Shown here piece after piece: positions 24,137 through 33,294 of a DNA stretch of 45,903 bases. Within the stretch, counting starts at the first letter, position 1, and the number at the start of each line of letters is the position of its first letter. The notes under the pieces were generated by a model. That model made no database searches and was not told the DNA's origin. It was given only the letters and a program-made list of their open reading frames with translations. A program made the position numbers and the translations under genes. This stretch comes from Candidatus Zixiibacteriota bacterium (GTDB taxonomy: Bacteria > Zixibacteria > MSB-5A5 > GN15 > FEB-12), in contig JAJRZL010000122.1 in NCBI GenBank assembly GCA_024275255.1, forward strand, positions 1 through 45,903, given 5' to 3'.

Positions 24137-25684
24137 ATGGAAGAGCAATTCATAGAAAGTTATAAAATACTGAAAAAAATCGGTGCCGGTGGCATGGCGA
24201 AAGTTTATCTTGCCGTGCATAAAGATGTACCGAATCTCAAGGTTATCCTGAAAATTCTCAGTGATCCCCGTCTGGGGGAGCGGTTTCGACAGGAAGCTGA
24301 TAAACTGGCTCTGCTTGACGGGCATCCGAATATCTGCCGGATAAACCACTTCTTTTCTCATGGCGATGATACCGTCATTGTTATGGAGTATATCAATGGT
24401 TCCACTCTTGATGAAATACTGGAGGAAAAGGGTCGTTTATCTGTTGAGGAAACATTGAGAATTACTGATGACGTCCTTGATACTCTCAGTTTTGCTCATG
24501 AAAAAGGAGTTTCCCACCGGGATATCAAGCCGAGTAATATCATGCTTGACAGTACCGGGAAAGTAAAAATTATTGATTTCGGAATCGCGAAAGGGAAAAG
24601 CGATCCTCAATTGACCGCAGCCGGTATGGCTTGTGGTACTCCGGCATACATGGCGCCGGAACAGTTTACCCCGACCGAAGATACGGATTATACGCTGGTT
24701 GATATTTACGCGGTAGGGACGACGCTCTATAAAATGTTGACCGGTGCCTGCCCCTTTGAGGGTGACAATGAGTTCGCTATCCGTGATGCCAAATTGTTCA
24801 ACGATCCTGCCGGACCGCGAACATTGAATGCAGACATTCCGAAACCGCTTGAAAAGATAATTCTGAAATGCCTGGAAAAAGAGCCCTCGAAGCGCTACCA
24901 GTCCATACGTGAAGTACAGCAGGCATTACAGGAAATACAGCTAACGGGGAAAAAAGAATCTTCAGGTACGGATAAAACAGTCCCCGTTTCAAGCAGTGAT
25001 GGAATAGCACAAAAACCTTCAGGGAATAAAAAACCGCTCTTTATCGGTCTTGCCGTTGTTGTTGTGGCTGTTGTTATATTCGGGGTAATGAAATTTTCGT
25101 CGGGGGATAAAGTTGTTTCTTCTGATTCCGGTTCCATCTCTGACACTACCGGTAAAATGGATAATACCAATCAACCCGGACAAGCCACGACAACACCTCC
25201 TCCCGTGGGAGAAGTGTTTATTACCGTTACTCCGCGAGCTGATGCCATTTATTTCGACGATAGTCTGCTTCAGGGACGAAAAAACTCGGCATTGATAACG
25301 TGTGATACGGGACAGCATGTGTTGCGAATTAAAAATAAAAAAGCAGTCAAACGAGTTCTTGTCGATACCATACAAGTATCATCTGACAAACGCCTGGAAA
25401 AATCGTATGTTTTTACTTTTCCGGTGGTGAAAACTCAACAAAAGCCAGCAACTCCTCCCCCGAAACCGGTGCCTGATTCCGGGTATCTCGTTGCTGCTTC
25501 CATTCCCAGAGGAGCGGATGTCTTTATTGATGGTGTTCATCAACCACAGAGAACAGTCTTTCGGTTCAAGGTAAAAACAGGGAAGCATATCGTTTCCTTA
25601 CGGTTACAAGACCAGAAATACCTTGATACCGTTCTTGTGACAAAGGACGGTGAGACTCGAGTTTTTTATGAGTTCAAAGAATAA
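24137..25684 (+). CDS. Transmembrane Ser/Thr protein kinase with two extracytoplasmic PEGA-like domains
   Basis: The catalytic motifs are intact: GAGGMAKVY, VILKIL, HRDIKPSNIML, DFGIAKG, GTPAYMAPE. A TM helix (LFIGLAVVVVAVVIFGV) follows, then two repeats of the PEGA type (..PRGADVFIDG..). Confidence 0.85.
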   Translation: MEEQFIESYKILKKIGAGGMAKVYLAVHKDVPNLKVILKILSDPRLGERFRQEADKLALLDGHPNICRINHFFSHGDDTVIVMEYINGSTLDEILEEKGRLSVEETLRITDDVLDTLSFAHEKGVSHRDIKPSNIMLDSTGKVKIIDFGIAKGKSDPQLTAAGMACGTPAYMAPEQFTPTEDTDYTLVDIYAVGTTLYKMLTGACPFEGDNEFAIRDAKLFNDPAGPRTLNADIPKPLEKIILKCLEKEPSKRYQSIREVQQALQEIQLTGKKESSGTDKTVPVSSSDGIAQKPSGNKKPLFIGLAVVVVAVVIFGVMKFSSGDKVVSSDSGSISDTTGKMDNTNQPGQATTTPPPVGEVFITVTPRADAIYFDDSLLQGRKNSALITCDTGQHVLRIKNKKAVKRVLVDTIQVSSDKRLEKSYVFTFPVVKTQQKPATPPPKPVPDSGYLVAASIPRGADVFIDGVHQPQRTVFRFKVKTGKHIVSLRLQDQKYLDTVLVTKDGETRVFYEFKE

Positions 25685-25755
25685 GTCTTGTAAAAACAGC
25701 GTGAAGAATATATACATGAGGTACTAACAAATAATTTATACGAGAGGTGGAAGCA

Positions 25756-26802
25756 ATGAAGCGAAGCAGGTATTCGATTGTGCGCATTTGTGCTGTGTGT
25801 GCAGTACTGCTGTGTGTTGGTATAGGGTCAGTTTCAGCTCAGGAGTCAAATACTGTAGCTGAAAAGCTCGCCAAAGCACTCGACTTGTATAATGTCGGGG
25901 CGATAAATGATGGGTTAAAGATTGCCCAGGAATTACTGACTCGGGATGATTTAACGGCAAAGGACAGCATCGCTATTTACGAAATAATGAGCATGTTAAC
26001 GTATTCCAAGGGAGTCGATTATTTTAACACTTCTGTAGATTACTTACGTAAAATAACAAATATCGGTCCCTGTTTGATTCACCTGCCGCGGGAGTTGTGG
26101 CCCTCACAGCTACGGGACCAGTGGTTCTCGTTACAGAAGGCAAACAATACCCTGTTTTGCAGTGATGAGGCATCAAGCGGGATTAAGACAGTTGCAGTCA
26201 TGGAGTTTGATAATTACTCGATTGGAAAGTACCAGGAAGAACTGGGACCTATCGGGAAAGCGCTTGCTGATTTCTTCGAGCACGATTTCGGGAAAATAAG
26301 CGATTTGAAAGTAGTCGAGCGTGATAAAATCAATTTTGTCCTCCGGGAGCTGGAACTGCAGCAGTCGGGAAAAGTAGATCGGAGTACAGCGGTGAAAGTC
26401 GGGAAGATTCTTGGCGCTAAGTACATGATTTTCGGCAGCATTACTCAGCTTGACTACAAACATGCCCGTATGGTGGTGCGGGTTGTCGATGTTGAGACTT
26501 CCGAGATTATCGCTTCTGTTGATAAGGACGGCAAACCCGATTATGTTGCAATGGAAAAAGGTCTTGTGGAGGACCTGGCAAAAGTGCTCGATGTGAAACT
26601 CAATGACGATGTCAAAAAGCTTATCCAGGAAGGCGGCACCGAGTCAACCGATGCCATGGCGTTCTACTCAAAGGGGCTGGAGCAAATGGATAAGTACAAC
26701 TATAAAGAAGCATACGAACTGTTCAAGAAAGCTTACGAGTTGGACAGCACTTTTGTGGAAGCAAAACGGAAAATGGATATATACCGTCCGCTGGCAAGTT
26801 AA
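25756..26802 (+). CDS. Secreted TPR-like + CsgG/LpoB/TolB_N-like domain protein
   Basis: A signal peptide ends VSAQE. The core is VAVMEFDN...LKVVERDKINFVLRELELQQSG...VGKILGAKYMIFGS, with a C-terminal TPR-like hairpin ...AYELDSTFVEA. The start ATG 25756 is preceded by GAGAGG. Confidence 0.55.
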   Translation: MKRSRYSIVRICAVCAVLLCVGIGSVSAQESNTVAEKLAKALDLYNVGAINDGLKIAQELLTRDDLTAKDSIAIYEIMSMLTYSKGVDYFNTSVDYLRKITNIGPCLIHLPRELWPSQLRDQWFSLQKANNTLFCSDEASSGIKTVAVMEFDNYSIGKYQEELGPIGKALADFFEHDFGKISDLKVVERDKINFVLRELELQQSGKVDRSTAVKVGKILGAKYMIFGSITQLDYKHARMVVRVVDVETSEIIASVDKDGKPDYVAMEKGLVEDLAKVLDVKLNDDVKKLIQEGGTESTDAMAFYSKGLEQMDKYNYKEAYELFKKAYELDSTFVEAKRKMDIYRPLAS

Positions 26803-26838
26803 CATGGCGGCAATTATTCGGTGAGAATGGAGAACAAG

Positions 26839-28155
26839 ATGTATAAACGGGTACTTGTGCTATGCCTGGTATTCGTGCTTATGGTGGGTTGTTCCCAGAG
26901 TTTCTACATGCAAGGGAAGAAATACCTGGGGAAGGAACAATATAATCAGGCAATTGATGCCTTTTATAAAGAACTGCAAGTCAACCCGAAGAGTGCGGAT
27001 GCCTGGCGTGAGCTGGGGGTAACATTTTACAAACAAGGTAATCTGGTTAAGGCGGAAGATGCTTTGAAACAGGCTATCAATATAAAACAGGATAGCCGTT
27101 CGCACATGTATTTGGGGTTGATTTATGAAAAGCAGGGGATGTGGGAACAGGCGTTGCAGGCATACGGAACATCGCTCAGTCTCAAACCGCGCGGCAAAGC
27201 GGCTACGATGACACGTGCTCATATTGACCGATTGCAAACGAAAAAGATAAAGTCCGAAATTGCTAAAGCGCTGGAAAATGAATCGTCTATCAGCATTGAT
27301 ACCATTCCTGAAAATACCATTGCCGTTTCCAATTTTGACGGTTCCCTGTTACCGGAAGATAAAGCTCCGATAGCGTATGGGTTGTCTGAGTTTATTGCCG
27401 GTGATTTATCGAAAGTACGTTCCTTGAAAGTTATCGAGCGACAAAAAATCGATGTTATCATGGATGAGCTGAAACTCAGTTCGAGCAAAGCGGTTGACCC
27501 GTCAACAGCTCCCCGCATGGGGAAGCTGCTTGGGACCCGTCACCTCGTGACCGGTTCGGTGGTCGGACTGGGGGAAGACGGTATTCGGGTTGACGGTGCG
27601 ATTGTCAATACGAAAGATGGCGCGATGGTTCGGAACAAGGCAGCAGAAGGCAAGCTCCAGTCTATTTTTAAGCTCGAAAAAGATATTGTATTTGCGATTA
27701 TTGATAGTTTGGGGATTACCCTGACCCCGGAAGAACGGGATGCCATCGAAAAAGTGCCTACCGAATCCTATCTTGCTTTTTTGGCGTATTGTCGTGGTTT
27801 GCAGTATAAGCGTGATGGCTATTTCCCCGCTGCTCAGCAGGAGTTCAACAATGCCCTCGAACTTGATCCCGGTTTCACGGATGCAGGCACACAATTGCAG
27901 GCATCAATAGATATCCAGCAATCAGGAGCATCGTATTCGGAATCGCTGCGAAATTTTGAAACATTCGCACTCAGCGAAGATATTGGTGATTTAGGTAATC
28001 TTGATTTATCCGGGATGGGCATTGAAGTGAGAATCAATACCATTCTCAATAATTCCGGTGTGTTACCTTTTGGTACTACTGGCAGGTTGGCGGACCATCC
28101 ACCTGAAGCCGGTACGGGGACTGTAGTTGTGAGAGGTGATCTCGATGGGCAATAA
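26839..28155 (+). CDS. Lipoprotein with N-terminal TPR repeats + CsgG/LpoB/TolB_N-like domain (paralogue of the preceding gene)
   Basis: It has a lipobox (LMVGCS) and TPR repeats (AIDAFYKELQVNPKSADAW...). The core is IAVSNFDG...LKVIERQKIDVIMDELKLSSS...MGKLLGTRHLVTGS, followed by ALELDPGFTDA. Confidence 0.55.
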   Translation: MYKRVLVLCLVFVLMVGCSQSFYMQGKKYLGKEQYNQAIDAFYKELQVNPKSADAWRELGVTFYKQGNLVKAEDALKQAINIKQDSRSHMYLGLIYEKQGMWEQALQAYGTSLSLKPRGKAATMTRAHIDRLQTKKIKSEIAKALENESSISIDTIPENTIAVSNFDGSLLPEDKAPIAYGLSEFIAGDLSKVRSLKVIERQKIDVIMDELKLSSSKAVDPSTAPRMGKLLGTRHLVTGSVVGLGEDGIRVDGAIVNTKDGAMVRNKAAEGKLQSIFKLEKDIVFAIIDSLGITLTPEERDAIEKVPTESYLAFLAYCRGLQYKRDGYFPAAQQEFNNALELDPGFTDAGTQLQASIDIQQSGASYSESLRNFETFALSEDIGDLGNLDLSGMGIEVRINTILNNSGVLPFGTTGRLADHPPEAGTGTVVVRGDLDGQ

Positions 28156-29293
28156 AAAACAAACGATATTGATAGCGGGTGTTGTCCTTGTGTTCTTTTT
28201 GTGTGGAATGACAGTACAAGGACAGATACGTTACGGACAGCCTGCTTCCGGCGGGTTAACCTTCACTTACAGTTACTGGAAAATGGAGCAGGATACCCTC
28301 GAAACCACCCTGAATCAGTTTGTAGTACCGGTAAGTGGATTTATTCCGCTTCAGGATAACCTGGAAATGCAGCTATTTATCAGCAGCGCTTCCAACAGCA
28401 TGGATATCATCAACGACAACGTATCATTATCAGGCTTGAGTGACCTTCGGATGCAAATAAATAAGTCCTTGAAAGAAGATCGGCTGCTTCTTTCCGGAGG
28501 AATCAATCTTCCAACCGGGAAGAAAAAACTCGATGGCGAGGGTCAACTGGTCCAGTTGGCGTTGTCGCAAAACTTTCTTGATGTTCCACTTCGAAGATTG
28601 GGAGAAGGGTTTGGTTTCAACCTGTTGATTGGCGGGGCGCAATCATTTGATAATGTCAATATCGGTGGTGGTATTACATACCAATATATCGGAAGCTATG
28701 ATCCATACGAGGGAGTAGCCGATTATAACCCCGGCGATATGGTGAGTATCAACGGTGGAATCGATATTGCCGGAGAGCAGAATATTATCAGTATTGATGC
28801 TGTTTATTCACTCTACACCGATGATAAATTCACCGATACGAAAGTCTTTCGTCAGAGTCCGACTTTTGATTTCCGGTTCCGTATCACTCATCGTATGAGC
28901 AGTGGTAATATTCTGAAAGGTTCATTACGGTATGTACTGAGAGGAAATAACAAGCTCTATACTACCGATACGAGCCAGCAGGAAATAATCAGCTCTTTGC
29001 AATTATTTGGAAATGAGCTTTTTGTCTCCGGTGGATATACATTTACCGCTATGAACCAGTGGCAGGTTACCCCTTCGGCTGAACTGCACATGATTTCATC
29101 AAATGATGATGAGCTCGGTCCGACACAGCTTGAAAATTCATCAGTATTTGGTTTTGGTCTTATCGCCGAACGACCGGTAGGTGAAAAAATCAGCTTGTTT
29201 GCTGGTGGGAAATACTTCACCGGAAGTGCTGATGGCGGAAACATTGATCTGACCGGTTTACAATTCACCGGTGGGTTATCGGCAACATTTTGA
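28145..29293 (+). CDS. Predicted outer-membrane beta-barrel protein
   Basis: It has a signal peptide, alternating hydrophobic beta-strand patterning throughout and a C-terminal ...GGLSATF with terminal Phe. The start overlaps the upstream gene by 11 nt. Confidence 0.45.
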   Translation: MGNKKQTILIAGVVLVFFLCGMTVQGQIRYGQPASGGLTFTYSYWKMEQDTLETTLNQFVVPVSGFIPLQDNLEMQLFISSASNSMDIINDNVSLSGLSDLRMQINKSLKEDRLLLSGGINLPTGKKKLDGEGQLVQLALSQNFLDVPLRRLGEGFGFNLLIGGAQSFDNVNIGGGITYQYIGSYDPYEGVADYNPGDMVSINGGIDIAGEQNIISIDAVYSLYTDDKFTDTKVFRQSPTFDFRFRITHRMSSGNILKGSLRYVLRGNNKLYTTDTSQQEIISSLQLFGNELFVSGGYTFTAMNQWQVTPSAELHMISSNDDELGPTQLENSSVFGFGLIAERPVGEKISLFAGGKYFTGSADGGNIDLTGLQFTGGLSATF

Positions 29294-29310
29294 GGGGGAG
29301 GAAGAGCAAT

Positions 29311-30777
29311 ATGAAACGATATACAATTTTATTGATACTGTCAATTTTTACCGTTAGCCTGACTGCCCTGTTTATTGCCGGTTGTTCTGATACCCCGACA
29401 GAAAGTAACCTCACCGGTGGACTGGCAATGAATATTACCATCAGCTCATCATCGGACCTGATTCAACAGGTGTCGCAGTATGAGCTGGAAGCCAGCGGTG
29501 CCTTTGGTACTTTGACAACAGCATTACAAGTACAGGAAGGGATGCTGGTCGGTGAGATGGAAGTCCCTGCCGGAGATGTGCACTTTACCGCGCGGGCGTA
29601 TGATGGGCAAGGAGTACTTCTCTATGAAGGAGAAACAGATGTTACCGTGGTACCTGATAAAGTTACTCCGGTCAATATCAGCCTTGCCCCGGTTGTTTCC
29701 ATGATAAAGCTTTCCCCACGATACCTGACAGTAGAAGAATATGGAACTTTTGCGGTAACAGTGAGGATATTTAATATCCCTCATCTTAACCAGGTATCTT
29801 TTCGTTTACATTATAACTGGGATTTCGTCGCACCGGACAGCGTGGTGAGAAATCCCGATCTGGGTAATGAAGTAATACTGTATGATACGATGTTGTATTC
29901 TACCTCTGGATGGGCAATGTCATTTATCAATACCAGTGATTTTGATACACTGGTGAACAGCTCCGGTGATGTTACTCTGGCAACAGCATATTTTCAGGCA
30001 ACCCCGGCGCTTGCTGCGCAGGTACGGGCAGATACCACAGCTATTACAATCTCCGGTTTGACCATGTATGATTTCGATGGAGAGGAGTTAATTCCTGAAC
30101 TTGTGTATTATGATTCCAGTGTTGTAATAATTCAATACGATACAATACCTTATGTTCCTCCACATGAAGCTATTGTCCCGCTTGCTACCGGTAACTTTTG
30201 GACATATGTTAATTATGACAGCATCGGAGAGGTAACATCTACAAGAACACTGGAAATAACCGGGTCAGATACCATCATGTATCAAAATCACGAGCATGAA
30301 GTGTATTTCTGGAACTGGCTTGATGTGGAAGGTCAACCGAGTTCCACGTACTGGCTGGTCATGAATACTGACTCAGGAATGGTAATGGCGGGGTATATCC
30401 TTAATGGAGAAATTGATACAACAAATACCGGATTGATTTTTAAGTATCCTGCCAATGTGGGAGATACATGGGACTTTGGTGACAGGTACTTTACATGGAA
30501 TATGGAATGTGTTGATACCGCACAAGTAATAGAAACCCCTGCCGGCTCATTTCCCTGCTATGTGTACAAAAGTACTATTCAAGGTCAGAAGAGTTATCAC
30601 CTGTTTGATAATATCTTTCATCTATCCGGGTTCCAGAATTTACAGGGTGCTTCTGCAAATCAGGATGAGTTCTATTTATACTGCAGCCCCGGGATCGGGT
30701 ATATCGGAAATGGGCCAACCCCTGATGGTTCCAATAGGGCTGGGGGGCTTCTCCTGTACAAGTATTCGGTTGAATAG
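29311..30777 (+). CDS. Large lipoprotein with Ig-like and possible cohesin-like beta-sandwich domains
   Basis: It has a lipobox (LFIAGCSD). The protein is beta-rich, and the segment FAVTVRIFNIPHLNQVSFRLHYNWDFV resembles cohesin-type sandwiches. ATG 29311 is preceded by GGGGGAGG. Confidence 0.45.
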   Translation: MKRYTILLILSIFTVSLTALFIAGCSDTPTESNLTGGLAMNITISSSSDLIQQVSQYELEASGAFGTLTTALQVQEGMLVGEMEVPAGDVHFTARAYDGQGVLLYEGETDVTVVPDKVTPVNISLAPVVSMIKLSPRYLTVEEYGTFAVTVRIFNIPHLNQVSFRLHYNWDFVAPDSVVRNPDLGNEVILYDTMLYSTSGWAMSFINTSDFDTLVNSSGDVTLATAYFQATPALAAQVRADTTAITISGLTMYDFDGEELIPELVYYDSSVVIIQYDTIPYVPPHEAIVPLATGNFWTYVNYDSIGEVTSTRTLEITGSDTIMYQNHEHEVYFWNWLDVEGQPSSTYWLVMNTDSGMVMAGYILNGEIDTTNTGLIFKYPANVGDTWDFGDRYFTWNMECVDTAQVIETPAGSFPCYVYKSTIQGQKSYHLFDNIFHLSGFQNLQGASANQDEFYLYCSPGIGYIGNGPTPDGSNRAGGLLLYKYSVE

Positions 30778-30789
30778 AAAAACTGAGAT

Positions 30790-30821
30790 GTGCTGTCATA
30801 GATTCTTTTCTATGGCAGCAC
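30790..30821. terminator. Hairpin between convergent operons (possible bidirectional terminator)
   Basis: GTGCTGTCATAG (30790-30801) pairs with CTATGGCAGCAC (30810-30821) with one G-U pair and an 8-nt loop. Confidence 0.45.
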
Positions 30822-30835
30822 ACCGTCACTCTCTG

Positions 30836-31360
30836 CTATGACCCTTTTGTCTTTTCTATCAATTCCTTCAATTTACGGAGTGTGTCCGGGTCGGCATCAT
30901 CAATCATGTTTTTCAAATCATTTTGCAGGCTAACCTGTTCGGCGAGTTGTTTTTCCTCTTCGCTGGTATCCATTCCCAGCAGACGCTTGATAGCAGCGAC
31001 ATAGTTGTCCGGTTTGACCGGTTTCTCAAGGTAAATCCCGGGACCGGACATAGTCAGTTCTTTTAAGTCTGCTTTCCCGATATCATCGCGGGCGTGTCCG
31101 GTGACAATGATAATGGGAATTTTCGACCACTCTTTGTTCTTGTTCAGGTCATGGTAGAACTTTGCGCCGGAATGTTTCGGCATTACAAGATCAAGTGAAA
31201 TCAAGTCGGGTGGTTGTTCTTTTACTTTTTCCAGCGCTTCAAAACCATCCGATGCTGTTACAACCTCAAACCCGGCTTCAACCAGCGCTGTTTTCAAAAA
31301 TAACCGGACATCCGCTTCATCATCCACGACCAGAATTGTTTTTCTGGTTGTTGTTCCCAT
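30836..31360 (-). CDS. Single-domain response regulator (REC) with short C-terminal helical tail
   Basis: The receiver pattern is ILVVDDEADV...DLISLDLVMPKHSG...LEKPV. Confidence 0.85.
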   Translation of the reverse strand: MGTTTRKTILVVDDEADVRLFLKTALVEAGFEVVTASDGFEALEKVKEQPPDLISLDLVMPKHSGAKFYHDLNKNKEWSKIPIIIVTGHARDDIGKADLKELTMSGPGIYLEKPVKPDNYVAAIKRLLGMDTSEEEKQLAEQVSLQNDLKNMIDDADPDTLRKLKELIEKTKGS

Positions 31361-31400
31361 GTATTCCCTCCTGATATATCAGGACTTCAGGAGTCCTTGC

Positions 31401-32885
31401 CTACGATTGTTCCTTTTTCAATTTTTGTTCTTCTTCGTATAATGCCGTCAGGCGTTTGAATGGAAACTCCATGCGAAACCGCGAGCCTTTTCCCGGAGTG
31501 GAATCGACAAAGATTTTTCCGCCATGTTCCTGCACTATCTTGCGTGTGGTCAAAAGCCCAAGTCCGGTTCCCTGCCCTCCCTTGGTGGTGAAAAAGGTGG
31601 TAAATATTTTTTTCTTCAGTTCATAGTCAATACCACTGCCGTTATCGGAGACTTCGAACATAAGCTTGTCGCGTGTTTCCCATACCCGAATGATAACGTC
31701 GGAGCCCTTTTTCTCACTCATTAAACAGGCATCAATAGCATTGGAAACGAGGTTGGTCAGGCAGGTATGGATACCGTCGGGATCGAGCGGAGCTTGTTTC
31801 ATTTTTGACGGAATATCGGCTCGCAGTTCGATACCTGAGCGGGCTGCTATTTCTTTGTACAACCCCACTATTTCTTTTACAATCTCACCCGGATCAACCA
31901 TTTTCAGTGACGGCAGGCGTCCCTTGGAGAAACTCAGGAAGTCTTTCACCAGGGCTGTTGTTTTTTCGAAATTGCGTTCCAGCATTTCCCAGCCTTCGCT
32001 AATCATTTTCTTGTCATTCTTTTGCAGCCCAAGACTGACAATATATTTCCCGCCTTCCAGTCCCATCAGGATATTTTTAATACTGTGTGCCAAACCGGCA
32101 ACAGTTTGACCTACTGCTCCCAATCGCTCGGCTTCGATAACCTGTTGTTCGAGTTTTTTCAAATCAGTGACATCGGTTGAGATTTCAATAACGTGTGCTA
32201 CATTATCACCGGTACGTTTCAAAGGCGAGGTAGATACGACATAATAAATATCCTGTCCCCGCTTACTGGTGCCGACTTGATTGGAGCGGTGGATTTTCCC
32301 GTCCCGGAATGTTTTTGCCGCCGGACAGTTTTTGCATTTCGAATCGCGACGTTTATACACTTCGTAACAGTAGTGATTGATGACATCGCCGAATTTTTCC
32401 CGGAAAGCTTCGTTTGCCCGGACAATACGATACTGTTCATCAATCACGGTGATATAGCATGGCACCCGATCGAACAGTATCTGGTATTCCTGCTGCCATT
32501 GTGCGGTTTCAGTAACCGGTCGTATCATTTCCAGCACATATTCAACTGGGCTGTGTTCCGTTCGTTTCAACGGGGCACAATGACCGACATAGTGCGTTTG
32601 TCGTCCGTGTTTATCAAATCCGACAGAATCAGTGACAATTGCCTTTCCTTTTTTGAACACAGTAAGAGCAGGACATTCATCACAAGGGGTCATCCGTTGT
32701 TTATGAACTGTGTAGCATTTCTTCCCGTGCCAATCGCCAAAATGTTCGGTGAAATTTTTATTTGCTTCCACGATATTATAATCCCGGTCAATTATTGCCA
32801 CGTTAAAAGGCACATGTTGAAACAGCGACTGGTATATCATATCAGTCAGCCGACGTGGGACTTTTGACCTGGATTCAGCAGCCAT
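31401..32885 (-). CDS. Soluble PAS-PAS sensor histidine kinase
   Basis: There is no TM segment. It has two PAS-like domains, each with a C-x10-C-x2-C motif, an H-box (GLAHSIKNIL) and HATPase motifs (NLVSNAIDA, DNGSGI, GTGLGL). Confidence 0.85.
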   Translation of the reverse strand: MAAESRSKVPRRLTDMIYQSLFQHVPFNVAIIDRDYNIVEANKNFTEHFGDWHGKKCYTVHKQRMTPCDECPALTVFKKGKAIVTDSVGFDKHGRQTHYVGHCAPLKRTEHSPVEYVLEMIRPVTETAQWQQEYQILFDRVPCYITVIDEQYRIVRANEAFREKFGDVINHYCYEVYKRRDSKCKNCPAAKTFRDGKIHRSNQVGTSKRGQDIYYVVSTSPLKRTGDNVAHVIEISTDVTDLKKLEQQVIEAERLGAVGQTVAGLAHSIKNILMGLEGGKYIVSLGLQKNDKKMISEGWEMLERNFEKTTALVKDFLSFSKGRLPSLKMVDPGEIVKEIVGLYKEIAARSGIELRADIPSKMKQAPLDPDGIHTCLTNLVSNAIDACLMSEKKGSDVIIRVWETRDKLMFEVSDNGSGIDYELKKKIFTTFFTTKGGQGTGLGLLTTRKIVQEHGGKIFVDSTPGKGSRFRMEFPFKRLTALYEEEQKLKKEQS

Positions 32886-33294
32886 GGGTATGCCTTTTCT
32901 TTTTTCGGGGTGATGAAGTTAATGTGTCGATTGTTTTCAGGAATTTGGCAACATTTATGGGTTTTTCCATGAAACAGTCAGGCAACGGAATAGATTCATC
33001 AGGAATATATGAACGAAAATCGAAATCATCAGTTTGTATAACCCCACTGATGACCAGTACCGGAATCTCACGTGTTGCTGGTTCCTGTTTCAGTTTTGAG
33101 TACATGGAAATACCGGATTCCTGCGGCATCATAATGTCAAGGCAGATGAGCACCGGGCAGATTTTTTTTGCCGATTGGAACCCATGTTTTGCATCCGATA
33201 CGACAACCGGGTGATACCCGTTCGTTTTCAGGATTGCAGCAAGATAGGTTGCCACATCCGGTTCATCTTCAACTATGAGAATATCCTTACTCAT
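32875..33294 (-). CDS. Single-domain response regulator (REC)
   Basis: The receiver pattern is ILIVEDEPDV...VLICLDIMMPQESG...MEKPI. It overlaps both neighbouring genes (8 and 11 nt). Confidence 0.85.
   Translation of the reverse strand: MSKDILIVEDEPDVATYLAAILKTNGYHPVVVSDAKHGFQSAKKICPVLICLDIMMPQESGISMYSKLKQEPATREIPVLVISGVIQTDDFDFRSYIPDESIPLPDCFMEKPINVAKFLKTIDTLTSSPRKKKRHTHGC

Noticed and set aside
32193-32867. A 224-aa plus-strand ORF opposite the histidine kinase gene.
   Set aside because: It is a shadow ORF of a well-supported PAS-HisKA-HATPase gene, with no motifs of its own.
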